Part shown: positions 28,242-36,856 of the stretch, piece by piece
How positions within the stretch are numbered: the first letter of the stretch is position 1
Layout of the letters: every line of letters starts with the position of its first letter
From: Anaerolineae bacterium
GTDB lineage: Bacteria; Chloroflexota; Anaerolineae; Anaerolineales; Villigracilaceae
Direction of reading: 5' to 3'
NCBI GenBank assembly: GCA_041479025.1
Contig: JBGOXG010000001.1
Span: 8,262 to 72,261 of the forward strand
Length of the DNA stretch: 64,000 nucleotides
Translations under genes and position numbers: made by a program
Notes under the pieces: model-generated
Seen by the model: only the letters and a program-made list of their open reading frames with translations
Database searches by the model: none
What the model was told of the DNA's origin: nothing

Positions 28242-28280
28242 GATTTAATTGAAGTAGGAAAATGAGCAATTTTCTTCAAC

Positions 28281-29144
28281 CTATTCTTCAATTTTCATTC
28301 TTTTCTCGAGCCAGCGTACACCTGCAGAGAGGATCAAAGTCATTGAAAGGTAAAGAAATGCAACGACATTAAAGGTTTGGATAATCTGAAATGTACTGGC
28401 TCGTCTTAAACGGCTGAGTTGTGTCAGTTCATTAACGGCGACCACGGTCACCAGCGCCGAGTCTTTGAGCATCGCGATAAAATCATTGCCCAGCGGAGGC
28501 AGAACTCTCCGTATGGCTTGCGGCAAAATCACATAACGCATGGACTGAAGGTAGGTCATCCCCAGTGATTTAGCAGCCTCCATCTGACCTTTTCCTATCG
28601 ATTGGATTCCCGCACGAAACACTTCCGCCTCGAACGCACCGTAGCCTATTGCCAACGCCAGAATTGCCCTTAGCTCGGGGGGGATTATACGGATGCTGAA
28701 CCCCACAAGTCCTGTGAAGAAACCGTTGCTGGGGGCTAAACTAATCCCCCAGGCACCGAGACTGTGTATGCCATCTACAACAATTGGGATGAAAGCATAA
28801 GCGAAATAGAGGATCAGGACTATCATTGGGATGCCGCGAATCATCTCAACATACAACGTCGCAGCATTAAAAATGAAGACATTTTTAGAGACACGAGCCA
28901 GCCCCACGAGCAGACCTATCACCGTTGCTATCAGATAAGCGATGACTGTAATTCGCAGGGTTACTGGAACACCATTAACCAAATAAGTAAAAGTCTCGTT
29001 ATATACCGGATTAAATATCAGCGCATAGGATATCGCAATTCCAGCGAAAACCAGGATAATCGCCCACCATGCCCATTTTGTGGGATCAATTTTATCCTTG
29101 ACCATCCCTGGTTTCTTGCGGTTTTCGAAGGTTTCAACTGACAT
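28281..29144 (-). CDS. Polar amino-acid ABC transporter permease (HisM/GlnP family)
   Basis: EAA loop MEAAKSLGMTYLQSMRYVILPQAIRRVLPPLGN. Start set at the ATG preceded by GAGAGG. The ORF track start is 29156. Confidence 0.85.
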   Translation of the reverse strand: MSVETFENRKKPGMVKDKIDPTKWAWWAIILVFAGIAISYALIFNPVYNETFTYLVNGVPVTLRITVIAYLIATVIGLLVGLARVSKNVFIFNAATLYVEMIRGIPMIVLILYFAYAFIPIVVDGIHSLGAWGISLAPSNGFFTGLVGFSIRIIPPELRAILALAIGYGAFEAEVFRAGIQSIGKGQMEAAKSLGMTYLQSMRYVILPQAIRRVLPPLGNDFIAMLKDSALVTVVAVNELTQLSRLRRASTFQIIQTFNVVAFLYLSMTLILSAGVRWLEKRMKIEE

Positions 29145-29176
29145 GGCGCCTCTCATTTTTGTGCAGATAAGATAAA

Positions 29177-29203
29177 CCGGATGGGGTTATAGCCCCCATC
29201 CGG
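29177..29203 (-). other. Intercistronic stem-loop between the binding-protein and permease genes
   Basis: CCGGATGGGG (29177..29186) pairs with CCCCATCCGG (29194..29203), giving a 10-bp stem. Confidence 0.4.
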
Positions 29204-29251
29204 CGGGAGTAGCTACCCCTTTGTTGGGATTCGGAAACGGCAGAAGTCAGC

Positions 29252-30052
29252 TTACTGTGTAAGCCCCCACTTCTTGTTCAGCGAATCGAGAGTGCCATCC
29301 GCTTTCATGGATGCGAGAGCGGCGTTTACAGCTGCTATCAGGTCGCTGCCTGGCGGGAAGACAAAGGCCAACTTCTCATCGGAGGTAATTTGTGAACCCA
29401 CCTTGAGTTTTCCCTGATTTTCGTTTATGTAACCCAATGCTGAGACATTGTCAATCACAACGGCGTCAATATCACTGGATAGCAGTGCTAATACCGCACC
29501 AGGGAAGTCCTCGAAGGATTGGATTTTCTTATCGGGGAATGTTTCCTTGGCAACTATTTCATTTGTGGTGCCGAGCTGAGTCCCGACAAGCTTTTTGGGA
29601 TCGCTCTTGAAATCGGCAAGGGTGGCAGTTTCATCTGCGCGGACGAGAAGCACCTGCCCGATCGTCACATAGGGCTCAGAGAAAGCGACTTGCTTGGCTC
29701 GCTCCGCGGTATATGTCACACCATCGGCCAGCATATCATATTCACCGGCAGCCATCGCAGGGAAGATACCATCCCACGCGGCTTGTTTGAAATCCGCGAC
29801 ACAATTAAGGCGTTTGCAGATTTCATTCACGGTGTCATAATCCCAGCCAACGCCCTTATTTGTGGTTTTGTCGATACTGTTGAAGGGCACATAGGCGTTC
29901 TCCACGGCGACAGCAATAGTCTTCCCTTTCAGATCAGGAAGGCCTGCCTGTGACTGTCCACCGGTCTGACCACCACCCGCAGCCGATCCACACGCTACGA
30001 GCAGCATACTGGCAATGACCAAGGTGCTCAAAACCAAAAATAACTTTTTCAT
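29252..30052 (-). CDS. Polar amino-acid ABC transporter substrate-binding lipoprotein
   Basis: Lipoprotein signal [23 protein letters not shown]. Family-3 SBP pattern ([15 protein letters not shown]..., D..VIDN). AAGGAGAG RBS. Confidence 0.85.
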   Translation of the reverse strand: MKKLFLVLSTLVIASMLLVACGSAAGGGQTGGQSQAGLPDLKGKTIAVAVENAYVPFNSIDKTTNKGVGWDYDTVNEICKRLNCVADFKQAAWDGIFPAMAAGEYDMLADGVTYTAERAKQVAFSEPYVTIGQVLLVRADETATLADFKSDPKKLVGTQLGTTNEIVAKETFPDKKIQSFEDFPGAVLALLSSDIDAVVIDNVSALGYINENQGKLKVGSQITSDEKLAFVFPPGSDLIAAVNAALASMKADGTLDSLNKKWGLTQ

Positions 30053-30284
30053 CTCATCTCTCCTTTGGATAGTAAAGCCGTTTCTGAGTTGGGTTTCCTC
30101 TCCTTGTCATTAAGGATAGAGCAATAACATGAAAAATGCAAGAGTTGGGGATGAGCAATTTCACATCAAGATCCTTACGATCTAGACACAATGGAAGAAA
30201 CCGGTAGAATGAACCAGTGTGGTTGATGTTTTCATGAATAAGACTTCAGGATGGTAAAATTAGTAATACTCTATGGAGGAAAAT

Positions 30285-30692
30285 ATGGATATTATATTTC
30301 CCACCCCCGAATGGTTGAAATCATTTGAGAATAAACTAAACACCGACGATCATTATGCCCAGGTTGCTCACAAATGGGAAGGGGATATGTATTTTATTAT
30401 CGAGCCAGATGGCAATCTAAAAGAAAAAGTTATCTTCTACCTCGATCTTTGGCATGGCAAATGTCGAGGTACCGAGGTGGTGACGGATATTAATGCCCAT
30501 TCGCCTGCATTTGTTTTGCGTGCCGGTTATGTCAACTTTGCCAAAGTCCTCAAGGGCGAACTTGACCCGATGCAGGCCATGCTCACCCGTAAATTGGAGG
30601 TAAAAGGCAATATGGCTGTTATGATGCGAAATGTGCCTACGGTATTAGATTTTGTCAGGTGCGCAAAAGAAGTCACGACTAAAATCATCTAA
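30285..30692 (+). CDS. SCP2 sterol-carrier-like domain protein
   Basis: C-terminal LKGELDPMQAMLTRKLEVKGNMAVMMR is a typical SCP2 signature. GGAGG precedes the ATG at 30285. The ORF track start is 30273. Confidence 0.7.
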   Translation: MDIIFPTPEWLKSFENKLNTDDHYAQVAHKWEGDMYFIIEPDGNLKEKVIFYLDLWHGKCRGTEVVTDINAHSPAFVLRAGYVNFAKVLKGELDPMQAMLTRKLEVKGNMAVMMRNVPTVLDFVRCAKEVTTKII

Positions 30693-30695
30693 TCG

Positions 30696-32513
30696 ATGCA
30701 ACCAATCCTGAAGATCGATTTATCAACGAATCTTATCGAAACCATATCCATTCCCGTTGATTGGGAGAAGGATTATCTTGGCGGCGCCTCACTTGCTGCC
30801 CGGATGCTTTATGACGCACTCTCCGCTGAACTGGACCCATTGGCACCCTCTGCGCCTTTGCTATGCATCACCGGACCACTCACCGGGACAGCCAGTCCGA
30901 CCGCCGGGCGTTTTACAGTCTGCGGAAAATCACCTGCAACGGGTTTATGGGCAGAGTCGAATATCGGCGGTTTCTGGGGTCCGGAATTGCGCATGGCGGG
31001 CTGGGATGGAGTCTGGCTCACAGGAAAAGCCCGGCAGCCGGTCTATATTTATCTCAACGATGACCATGTCGAATTTCGCGAGGCAACCCATCTGTGGGGT
31101 GAAGATACCTATCGGGTGCAGGAATTAATCAAAGCCGAATTGGCTGATCCCGGTGTGAGAGTCCTGGGCATAGGACCGGCTGGTGAGGCGCTTATCCCGT
31201 TTTCATTACTCCTGTGTGATCATGGTCGTGTTGCTGGCCGCACGGGATTGGGAGCAGTGATGGGCTCGAAAAACCTCAAGGCGATCGCAGTAAAGGGCAG
31301 CCGCAAAATCCCGGTCGGACACCCTGAAGCATTCAATCCCTTGCGCAGTGAAGCCAACCGAGCCCTTAAGAATGATTCCATGACGCGTGTTTTGCACGAC
31401 CTTGGAACTGCTGGCGCGGCTGATTACTTTGATTACCTAGGGGAATTACCCAAGAAGTATTTCACATCCGGATTACTTGAGAATTCCCATCTCATCTCGG
31501 GCGCGAGTATTGCTGAGACAATCCTGACGGGAAAAAGCGCCTGCCATGCGTGTGTGATTGCCTGCGGGAGAGTGGTGTCATTGGACAAGGGGGAAAAGAG
31601 AAAAGGACCAGAATATGAAACCCTGGCAGGTTTTGGTGTAAATCTTGGGATAACGGACACGCATGCCATCACGCTGATGGGTGAACAATGTGACCGGTAT
31701 GGGATGGACACGATCAGCACCAGCGGCATTATAGGTTTGGCTTTTCGTCTGTATGACATGGGCATTATCACGACGCAGGATACAGGCGGATTACAGCTGA
31801 CCTGGGGAAATAGTTGGGCAGCGAGTCAATTGATCCACATGATAGTTCGCCGCGAAGGATTCGGCGCATATTTAGCAGAGGGCTCCCTTGCGTTAGCAAG
31901 GCGATATGGCGTTGAGGAAGAAGCGATGCAAGTTAATGGCCTGGAAATCCCCTATCACGATCCTCGCGGTGCTTCGGGTATGGCGATTGTTTACGCAACA
32001 TCGCCTCGTGGGGCGTGCCATAACCAGTCCGATTATTTCCTGGTTGATATTGGGCAGACTGAAGCCAGTATTGGGGTGGAGTTTTTTGACCGGATGGCAG
32101 GGGCCGAAAAGGCTGCCAATGTCGCTAAGCACCAAAATTGGAGAACGCTGAATAATGCACTAGTCATGTGTCTGTTCGGTAACATCTCGCCTGACACCTT
32201 GTTGGAACTAATAAATCATGTCTGCAATAGCAATATGACCTTGGAGGATCTGATGCGATGCGGTGAAAGAGCCTGGAACTTGAAGAGGATGATTAATCAT
32301 CGAATGGGTTTGACTCGGGCAAATGACACATTGCCCAAGGCGCTACTAAGACCATTACCCGATGGTGGTGCGGCGGGGTTTGTTCCTGACTTCGAGGGCA
32401 TGTTGGATGCTTATTATTATGCCAGAGGTTGGAATCCCGAAACAGGATATCCAACCAACCAGAAATTAGAGTCGCTGGGCCTTGGCTGGGTTATTCTAGG
32501 AAATAAACAATAA
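30696..32513 (+). CDS. Aldehyde:ferredoxin oxidoreductase family (tungstopterin) enzyme
   Basis: AOR N-terminal domain (ILKIDLST......P..W...YLGG..LAARMLYD). [4Fe-4S] motif CHACVIACGR. 605 aa. Confidence 0.9.
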   Translation: MQPILKIDLSTNLIETISIPVDWEKDYLGGASLAARMLYDALSAELDPLAPSAPLLCITGPLTGTASPTAGRFTVCGKSPATGLWAESNIGGFWGPELRMAGWDGVWLTGKARQPVYIYLNDDHVEFREATHLWGEDTYRVQELIKAELADPGVRVLGIGPAGEALIPFSLLLCDHGRVAGRTGLGAVMGSKNLKAIAVKGSRKIPVGHPEAFNPLRSEANRALKNDSMTRVLHDLGTAGAADYFDYLGELPKKYFTSGLLENSHLISGASIAETILTGKSACHACVIACGRVVSLDKGEKRKGPEYETLAGFGVNLGITDTHAITLMGEQCDRYGMDTISTSGIIGLAFRLYDMGIITTQDTGGLQLTWGNSWAASQLIHMIVRREGFGAYLAEGSLALARRYGVEEEAMQVNGLEIPYHDPRGASGMAIVYATSPRGACHNQSDYFLVDIGQTEASIGVEFFDRMAGAEKAANVAKHQNWRTLNNALVMCLFGNISPDTLLELINHVCNSNMTLEDLMRCGERAWNLKRMINHRMGLTRANDTLPKALLRPLPDGGAAGFVPDFEGMLDAYYYARGWNPETGYPTNQKLESLGLGWVILGNKQ

Positions 32514-32543
32514 GATTTTTCTAATTCTTTGCGAGGAGTTATT

Positions 32544-34175
32544 ATGAAATTGGTAACTGTATCTGAAATGCGAGCCATCGAACGGGAAGCCGATGCCAAT
32601 GGATTGACTTATGCTCAAATGATGGATAACGCCGGTGTCGGCTTGGCGAAAATCATTATGGAGCTCATTTACGAAGACGATGAACAGCCGGGAGTGCTTG
32701 GGTTGGTAGGCTCGGGCAATAATGGTGGAGATACGTTGGTGGCATTGGCTCATCTGGCTGCGCAGGACTGGCATGCACGGGCATATCTGGTGCATCGAGC
32801 AACCGAAAAAGATCCACTTGTCGAACGGCTGCGACAGGCGGGAGGTGAGATAACCATTGCAGGTCAGGATGAAAATGCAGAAATGTTGACGGCTTTTATT
32901 GGCGCGGCATCCGTTGTCGTCGATGGAGTACTCGGCACTGGATTTAAGCTGCCTATGAAAAAGGAAATTGCTGAAGTACTTCGAGCGACGAATGCTGCGA
33001 TTGCTGATCTTGATTGGCCTCCTTATGTGGTGGCTGTTGATTGTCCATCGGGTGTTAACTGCGACACCGGTGAAGCGGTTCAGGAAGCAATTCCTGCAAG
33101 CGTGACTGTGACTATGGCAGCTGTTAAACAGGGTCTGGTCAAGTTCCCGGCATTTGACCTGGTGGGCGACTTGCGCGTTGTAGATATCGGCTTAAAAGAT
33201 GAAATCAAGTCCTGGGCCGAAATCCGCCATGAGGTTGCTGACGAAGTGATGGTGGGAGAAATCCTGCCGGAGCGTCCGGACAATTCTCATAAAGGCACAT
33301 TTGGGACAGCGTTGATCGCTGCAGGTTCAGTAAACTACACGGGTGCAGCTTTATTGGCAGGGAAGGCCGCTTATCGGGTAGGGGCGGGGCTGGTCACTTT
33401 GGCTGTTCCCAGCCCTCTTCATGTTGTATTGGCAGGTCACTTCCCTGAAGCCACGTGGGTATTATTGCCACATGAAATGGGCGTGATCTCAGCTGAGGCG
33501 AGTGATGTATTAGTCAACCACTTGGATCGCGTGACAGCGCTGCTCTTAGGCCCCGGGCTTGGAACTGAAGATGCGACTAAGGATTTTATTGAAAACCTGA
33601 TAAAAGGCAAAGCGGTGCTTAAGAAAGGGGGAGCACGGATTGGCTTCGTCCACGAGGAAAAAGAAAAATGGGAGGAGATAAACGCATCCCTGCCGCCGCT
33701 TGTGATTGATGCCGATGGATTAAAGTTGCTGAAGCGAATAGAAAACTGGCAGAAAATTCTTCCCGCACCTTCGATATTGACGCCTCATCCGGGTGAGATG
33801 TCGATATTGACTGGGCTTTCCAGCGAAGAAATTCAAGCAGACCGCCTGGGTGTTGCCTTGAAATATGCACACCAATGGGGACAAATCGTTATCTTGAAAG
33901 GTGCGTTTACTGTTGTTGCAGCACCTGATGGGCGCGCCACGGTAATTCCGGTTGCAACTTCCGCCCTGGCACGAGCAGGCACGGGCGATGTGCTCGCTGG
34001 TCTGGTTGTCGGTCTCCTTGCACAGGGAGTTGAAGCGTATCCTGCGGCGGTTGCCGGGGCATGGATCCACGCTCAGGCGGGTCTATTTGCTGCGAAAAGA
34101 GTGGGTAATCCAGCCTCTGTGATGGCAGGAGATGTGATTGATTCAGTGAGTGATGTTTTAATGGGAATGGTTTAA
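32544..34175 (+). CDS. nnr: Bifunctional NAD(P)H-hydrate epimerase / ADP-dependent dehydratase
   Basis: YjeF_N pattern (GSGNNGGDTLVALAHL) and carbohydrate-kinase-type C-terminal half (HKGTFGTALIAAGS..., LTPHPGE, GTGDVLAG). GAGGAG RBS precedes the ATG at 32544. Confidence 0.9.
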   Translation: MKLVTVSEMRAIEREADANGLTYAQMMDNAGVGLAKIIMELIYEDDEQPGVLGLVGSGNNGGDTLVALAHLAAQDWHARAYLVHRATEKDPLVERLRQAGGEITIAGQDENAEMLTAFIGAASVVVDGVLGTGFKLPMKKEIAEVLRATNAAIADLDWPPYVVAVDCPSGVNCDTGEAVQEAIPASVTVTMAAVKQGLVKFPAFDLVGDLRVVDIGLKDEIKSWAEIRHEVADEVMVGEILPERPDNSHKGTFGTALIAAGSVNYTGAALLAGKAAYRVGAGLVTLAVPSPLHVVLAGHFPEATWVLLPHEMGVISAEASDVLVNHLDRVTALLLGPGLGTEDATKDFIENLIKGKAVLKKGGARIGFVHEEKEKWEEINASLPPLVIDADGLKLLKRIENWQKILPAPSILTPHPGEMSILTGLSSEEIQADRLGVALKYAHQWGQIVILKGAFTVVAAPDGRATVIPVATSALARAGTGDVLAGLVVGLLAQGVEAYPAAVAGAWIHAQAGLFAAKRVGNPASVMAGDVIDSVSDVLMGMV

Positions 34176-34190
34176 TACATGAGTTGTACA

Positions 34191-34223
34191 AAAAAGGAGA
34201 CTGCAATCTGCAGTCTCCTTTTT
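34191..34223. terminator. Bidirectional rho-independent terminator
   Basis: AAAAAGGAGACTGCA ATC TGCAGTCTCCTTTTT is a perfect palindromic hairpin with A/T runs on both sides. It lies between the convergent nnr and SPFH genes. Confidence 0.7.
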
Positions 34224-34237
34224 AAGTCTTGGAGCCT

Positions 34238-35290
34238 TTATCCTTTGAGAAAATCATCCAGCGCTGATTTGCTGATTCGGTAGGCATTCCCAAGCTTTTT
34301 GGCCTTTAGATCGCCGGCCTTGATGGCAGCCAGTACATCTTCTTCAGAAACGCGTAGAATTGCCGCCGCCTCGGCAGGTGTCATCACTTCGGATGCGCTT
34401 CCGGCTGACGCTGCGCCACCCGCTGCTTGTTGCTGCTGTCCACCCTGCATGGTACCTTGCAAAGCCTGGTTCATCACATTTCCGATGCCGATTCCGGCGC
34501 CGATACCGGCTGTCAGACCAGCGCCACCCATGGGATTCTGAGCGGCGTCGCGCATCGCATCTGCGGCTTGTAGCTGGGTATATGTTTGCATATCCAACAT
34601 GCCCATGGCGCGTAATTCCTCTGCGGATTTGTCAGACGGTTTAAGGTTTCCGATATAAAAAGACTTGAGAGTCATCCCAATAGCGGAAAAATCGTCCTGC
34701 GCTTTGGCTCGGACCCCGGCTCCTAATTCCTCGGTGAGGCCGATCAATTCGACAACACTCTTCTTGCCGGTAGTCTCTCCGAGCAAATCCTGCAGCTTGG
34801 AGAGGAGCATGGTGCGCAACCGTTCTTCAATCTCTGAAGTCCGGAAAGTGCCCGTAGTCCCAACTATCTTGGTCACAAAGAGCTGCGGATCTGCCACCTG
34901 GAAGGAATAGGTGCCAAAGCCCTGTAAGAGTGCTACTCCCAGCCCCATTCCTGGGTTGCGGACAATGATAGGCTGAGGTGTGCCCCATTTCTCATTGGCA
35001 AATTCCTTCATTGACACATAATACACTTCCGCCGTAAAAGGGCTACGGTCGTTGAATGCCTTGCCAATGTAATTGATCAGCAGGGGGATATTGGCAGTAG
35101 CAATCGTGTGACGTCCGGGACCAAAGGTATCCAGGGCGTTCCCGTCCCGGAAAAATACTGCATTTTGGGCTTCGCGGACGATCACCTGTGAACCGATATG
35201 AAAATCACCGGCTCCAGTTTCGGGGAAGCGATGGACGATCTCGCCCGCCATCTCATTCGGGTATTCAATAACATCGAAAATTCTTGCCAT
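34238..35290 (-). CDS. SPFH/Band-7-related (YdjI / 'virion core protein'-like) protein with C-terminal excisionase/MerR-type HTH
   Basis: N-terminus MARIFDVIEYPNEM...FRDG...FGPGRH is typical of the SPFH-like COG4260 family. A Gly/Gln/Ala linker follows. C-terminus MTPAEAAAILRVSEEDVLAAIKAGDLKAKKLGNAYRISKSALDDFL matches the excisionase-family HTH pattern. AAGGAGAGG RBS. Confidence 0.7.
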   Translation of the reverse strand: MARIFDVIEYPNEMAGEIVHRFPETGAGDFHIGSQVIVREAQNAVFFRDGNALDTFGPGRHTIATANIPLLINYIGKAFNDRSPFTAEVYYVSMKEFANEKWGTPQPIIVRNPGMGLGVALLQGFGTYSFQVADPQLFVTKIVGTTGTFRTSEIEERLRTMLLSKLQDLLGETTGKKSVVELIGLTEELGAGVRAKAQDDFSAIGMTLKSFYIGNLKPSDKSAEELRAMGMLDMQTYTQLQAADAMRDAAQNPMGGAGLTAGIGAGIGIGNVMNQALQGTMQGGQQQQAAGGAASAGSASEVMTPAEAAAILRVSEEDVLAAIKAGDLKAKKLGNAYRISKSALDDFLKG

Positions 35291-35410
35291 GTTTTCCTCT
35301 CCTTTGAGATCAGGTCTTCTATCAGACTGATTTATTATAGCCCAAGCATACATTCGTTACAAGTTGCTTCCGCGTATATCTACGTGTAATATACCCTGGA
35401 AGTTGCGGGT

Positions 35411-36007
35411 TCAGCCGGTGATCAGCCTTGTTCCGCAGGCCTGGCAGAAAAAGGCGTCTGAAGTGTGGGCTCTACCACATTTAGGGCAGACTCTCGGTAG
35501 ATCGACTGGTAATGCCGCGCCGCATCCGACGCATTGCTCAAGTTCGGGATCGTTAGCGATCCCACAGTATCTACAAACAAGGGGGTTCTTAGGTGCATTG
35601 TCTTCTCCGGCCAATGCCCTGGATAATGTACAGATGTCATTGATGGCATCCCAGATTTGAGGCGAAATATTGCCCTGCTGCATCTCGCCGATCGCATCCG
35701 GTAGGACTGCCATTAGTGAAAGCGGATTGTCTGCAGCACGTTCCATCAGTTCACTTGAGTCTGCCACCCGGTCAAGCCAATCCCTGCCGCGGCTCATCGT
35801 GACCAAAACTCCGTCAGTGGTATCGGCAATGTGAACGGTCACAGGCGTGCCATGCTTGCTGCCAATTTGCACAAGAGCAGTCTGGTTTGTCCGTTCTATC
35901 AAAGAACGATGCTGCCGGTCATTAAATCTGGCCGCAAGCTGATCGGCCAACGCGACCGCATGGATACCGCCATGGAACATGCGCTGGTGCTCGGGTAACA
36001 AAGGCAT
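35411..36007 (-). CDS. Hypothetical protein with C-terminal double zinc-ribbon
   Basis: C-terminus CRYCG...CVGCG....CPKCG.......CQACG forms two CxxC pairs twice. I do not recognise the N-terminal ~140 aa. Start set at MPLLPEHQ with an upstream purine-rich RBS. Confidence 0.5.
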   Translation of the reverse strand: MPLLPEHQRMFHGGIHAVALADQLAARFNDRQHRSLIERTNQTALVQIGSKHGTPVTVHIADTTDGVLVTMSRGRDWLDRVADSSELMERAADNPLSLMAVLPDAIGEMQQGNISPQIWDAINDICTLSRALAGEDNAPKNPLVCRYCGIANDPELEQCVGCGAALPVDLPRVCPKCGRAHTSDAFFCQACGTRLITG

Positions 36008-36055
36008 GGTCGTTATTTCCTTTCCCCATTGCCGATAATTGACCAAATTTTGTTT

Positions 36056-36856
36056 TCACAATTTCATTCGTTTACCGGTACCGCCATTGCGAATCATGAT
36101 GATTTCCGCCATGATGCTTACTGCAATCTCCTCGGGCGTTTCCGCATTAAGTTCAAGACCGATTGGAGAATGGACCCGGTCGATAATCTCCCTGGACAAG
36201 CCTGCTTTGCGTAGCTGCTTGACCGTGGTCGCCCAGCGTCGCCGTGAACCGATTACTCCGATGTAGGCTGCTGGAGAATCAAGCAAGGCAGGAAGTCCGC
36301 TCACGTCTACATCCACACCGCGTGTGGTCAGCACGAAGTAGGTCAGGGGGGTAATAATCAAATGATTGGGTATTTCGTTGATCGGGACAGGGAGGAATTT
36401 ATCTGCGTCGGGGTTGGTCTCCGGCTTACAGAATTCAGGGCGGTCATCCGAGACCACTACCTGGAATCCAAGCCAATTGGCTAGATGCGAAACTGCCTTA
36501 CCAACATGACCGCCACCGACCACAACCAGAATGGGTGCAGGAAGAATGGGTTCCACATATACCTCCACTTGGCCTCCACATACTCCGGGATCACCTCGCG
36601 TAGGATCTGACATGGTAAAAGTCAACGTGCGGGGATGACCTTCAGAGATCGCCTCTAAGGCAACAGAGAGGACTCGGTTTTCCAATTCACCACCACCGAC
36701 TGTCCCAGCAATACTGCCATCATGATAAACCAACATTTTAGTTCCGGCGCGGCGCGGTGCCGAACCCTTGCTTGCGATGACAGTGCACAGTGCACCAGCA
36801 TTCCCGCTTGATTCCAACTCTGTAACTAATTGAAAAATTGAAGGATTCTTACTCAT
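36056..36856 (-). CDS. xdhC: XdhC/CoxI family molybdenum-hydroxylase maturation factor
   Basis: ALCTVIASKGSAPRRAGTKMLVYHDGSIAGTVGGGELE, plus a Rossmann-like VVVGGGHVG. The start overlaps the stop of the upstream cyclase gene by 8 nt. Confidence 0.85.
   Translation of the reverse strand: MSKNPSIFQLVTELESSGNAGALCTVIASKGSAPRRAGTKMLVYHDGSIAGTVGGGELENRVLSVALEAISEGHPRTLTFTMSDPTRGDPGVCGGQVEVYVEPILPAPILVVVGGGHVGKAVSHLANWLGFQVVVSDDRPEFCKPETNPDADKFLPVPINEIPNHLIITPLTYFVLTTRGVDVDVSGLPALLDSPAAYIGVIGSRRRWATTVKQLRKAGLSREIIDRVHSPIGLELNAETPEEIAVSIMAEIIMIRNGGTGKRMKL

Noticed and set aside
34378-34456. Gly/Gln/Ala low-complexity stretch (GGQQQQAAGGAASAGSAS) inside the SPFH gene, seen as CAG/CAA/GC-rich DNA.
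   Set aside because: It is best explained as a flexible interdomain linker between the SPFH body and the HTH. It is too short and imperfect to be a meaningful tandem repeat.
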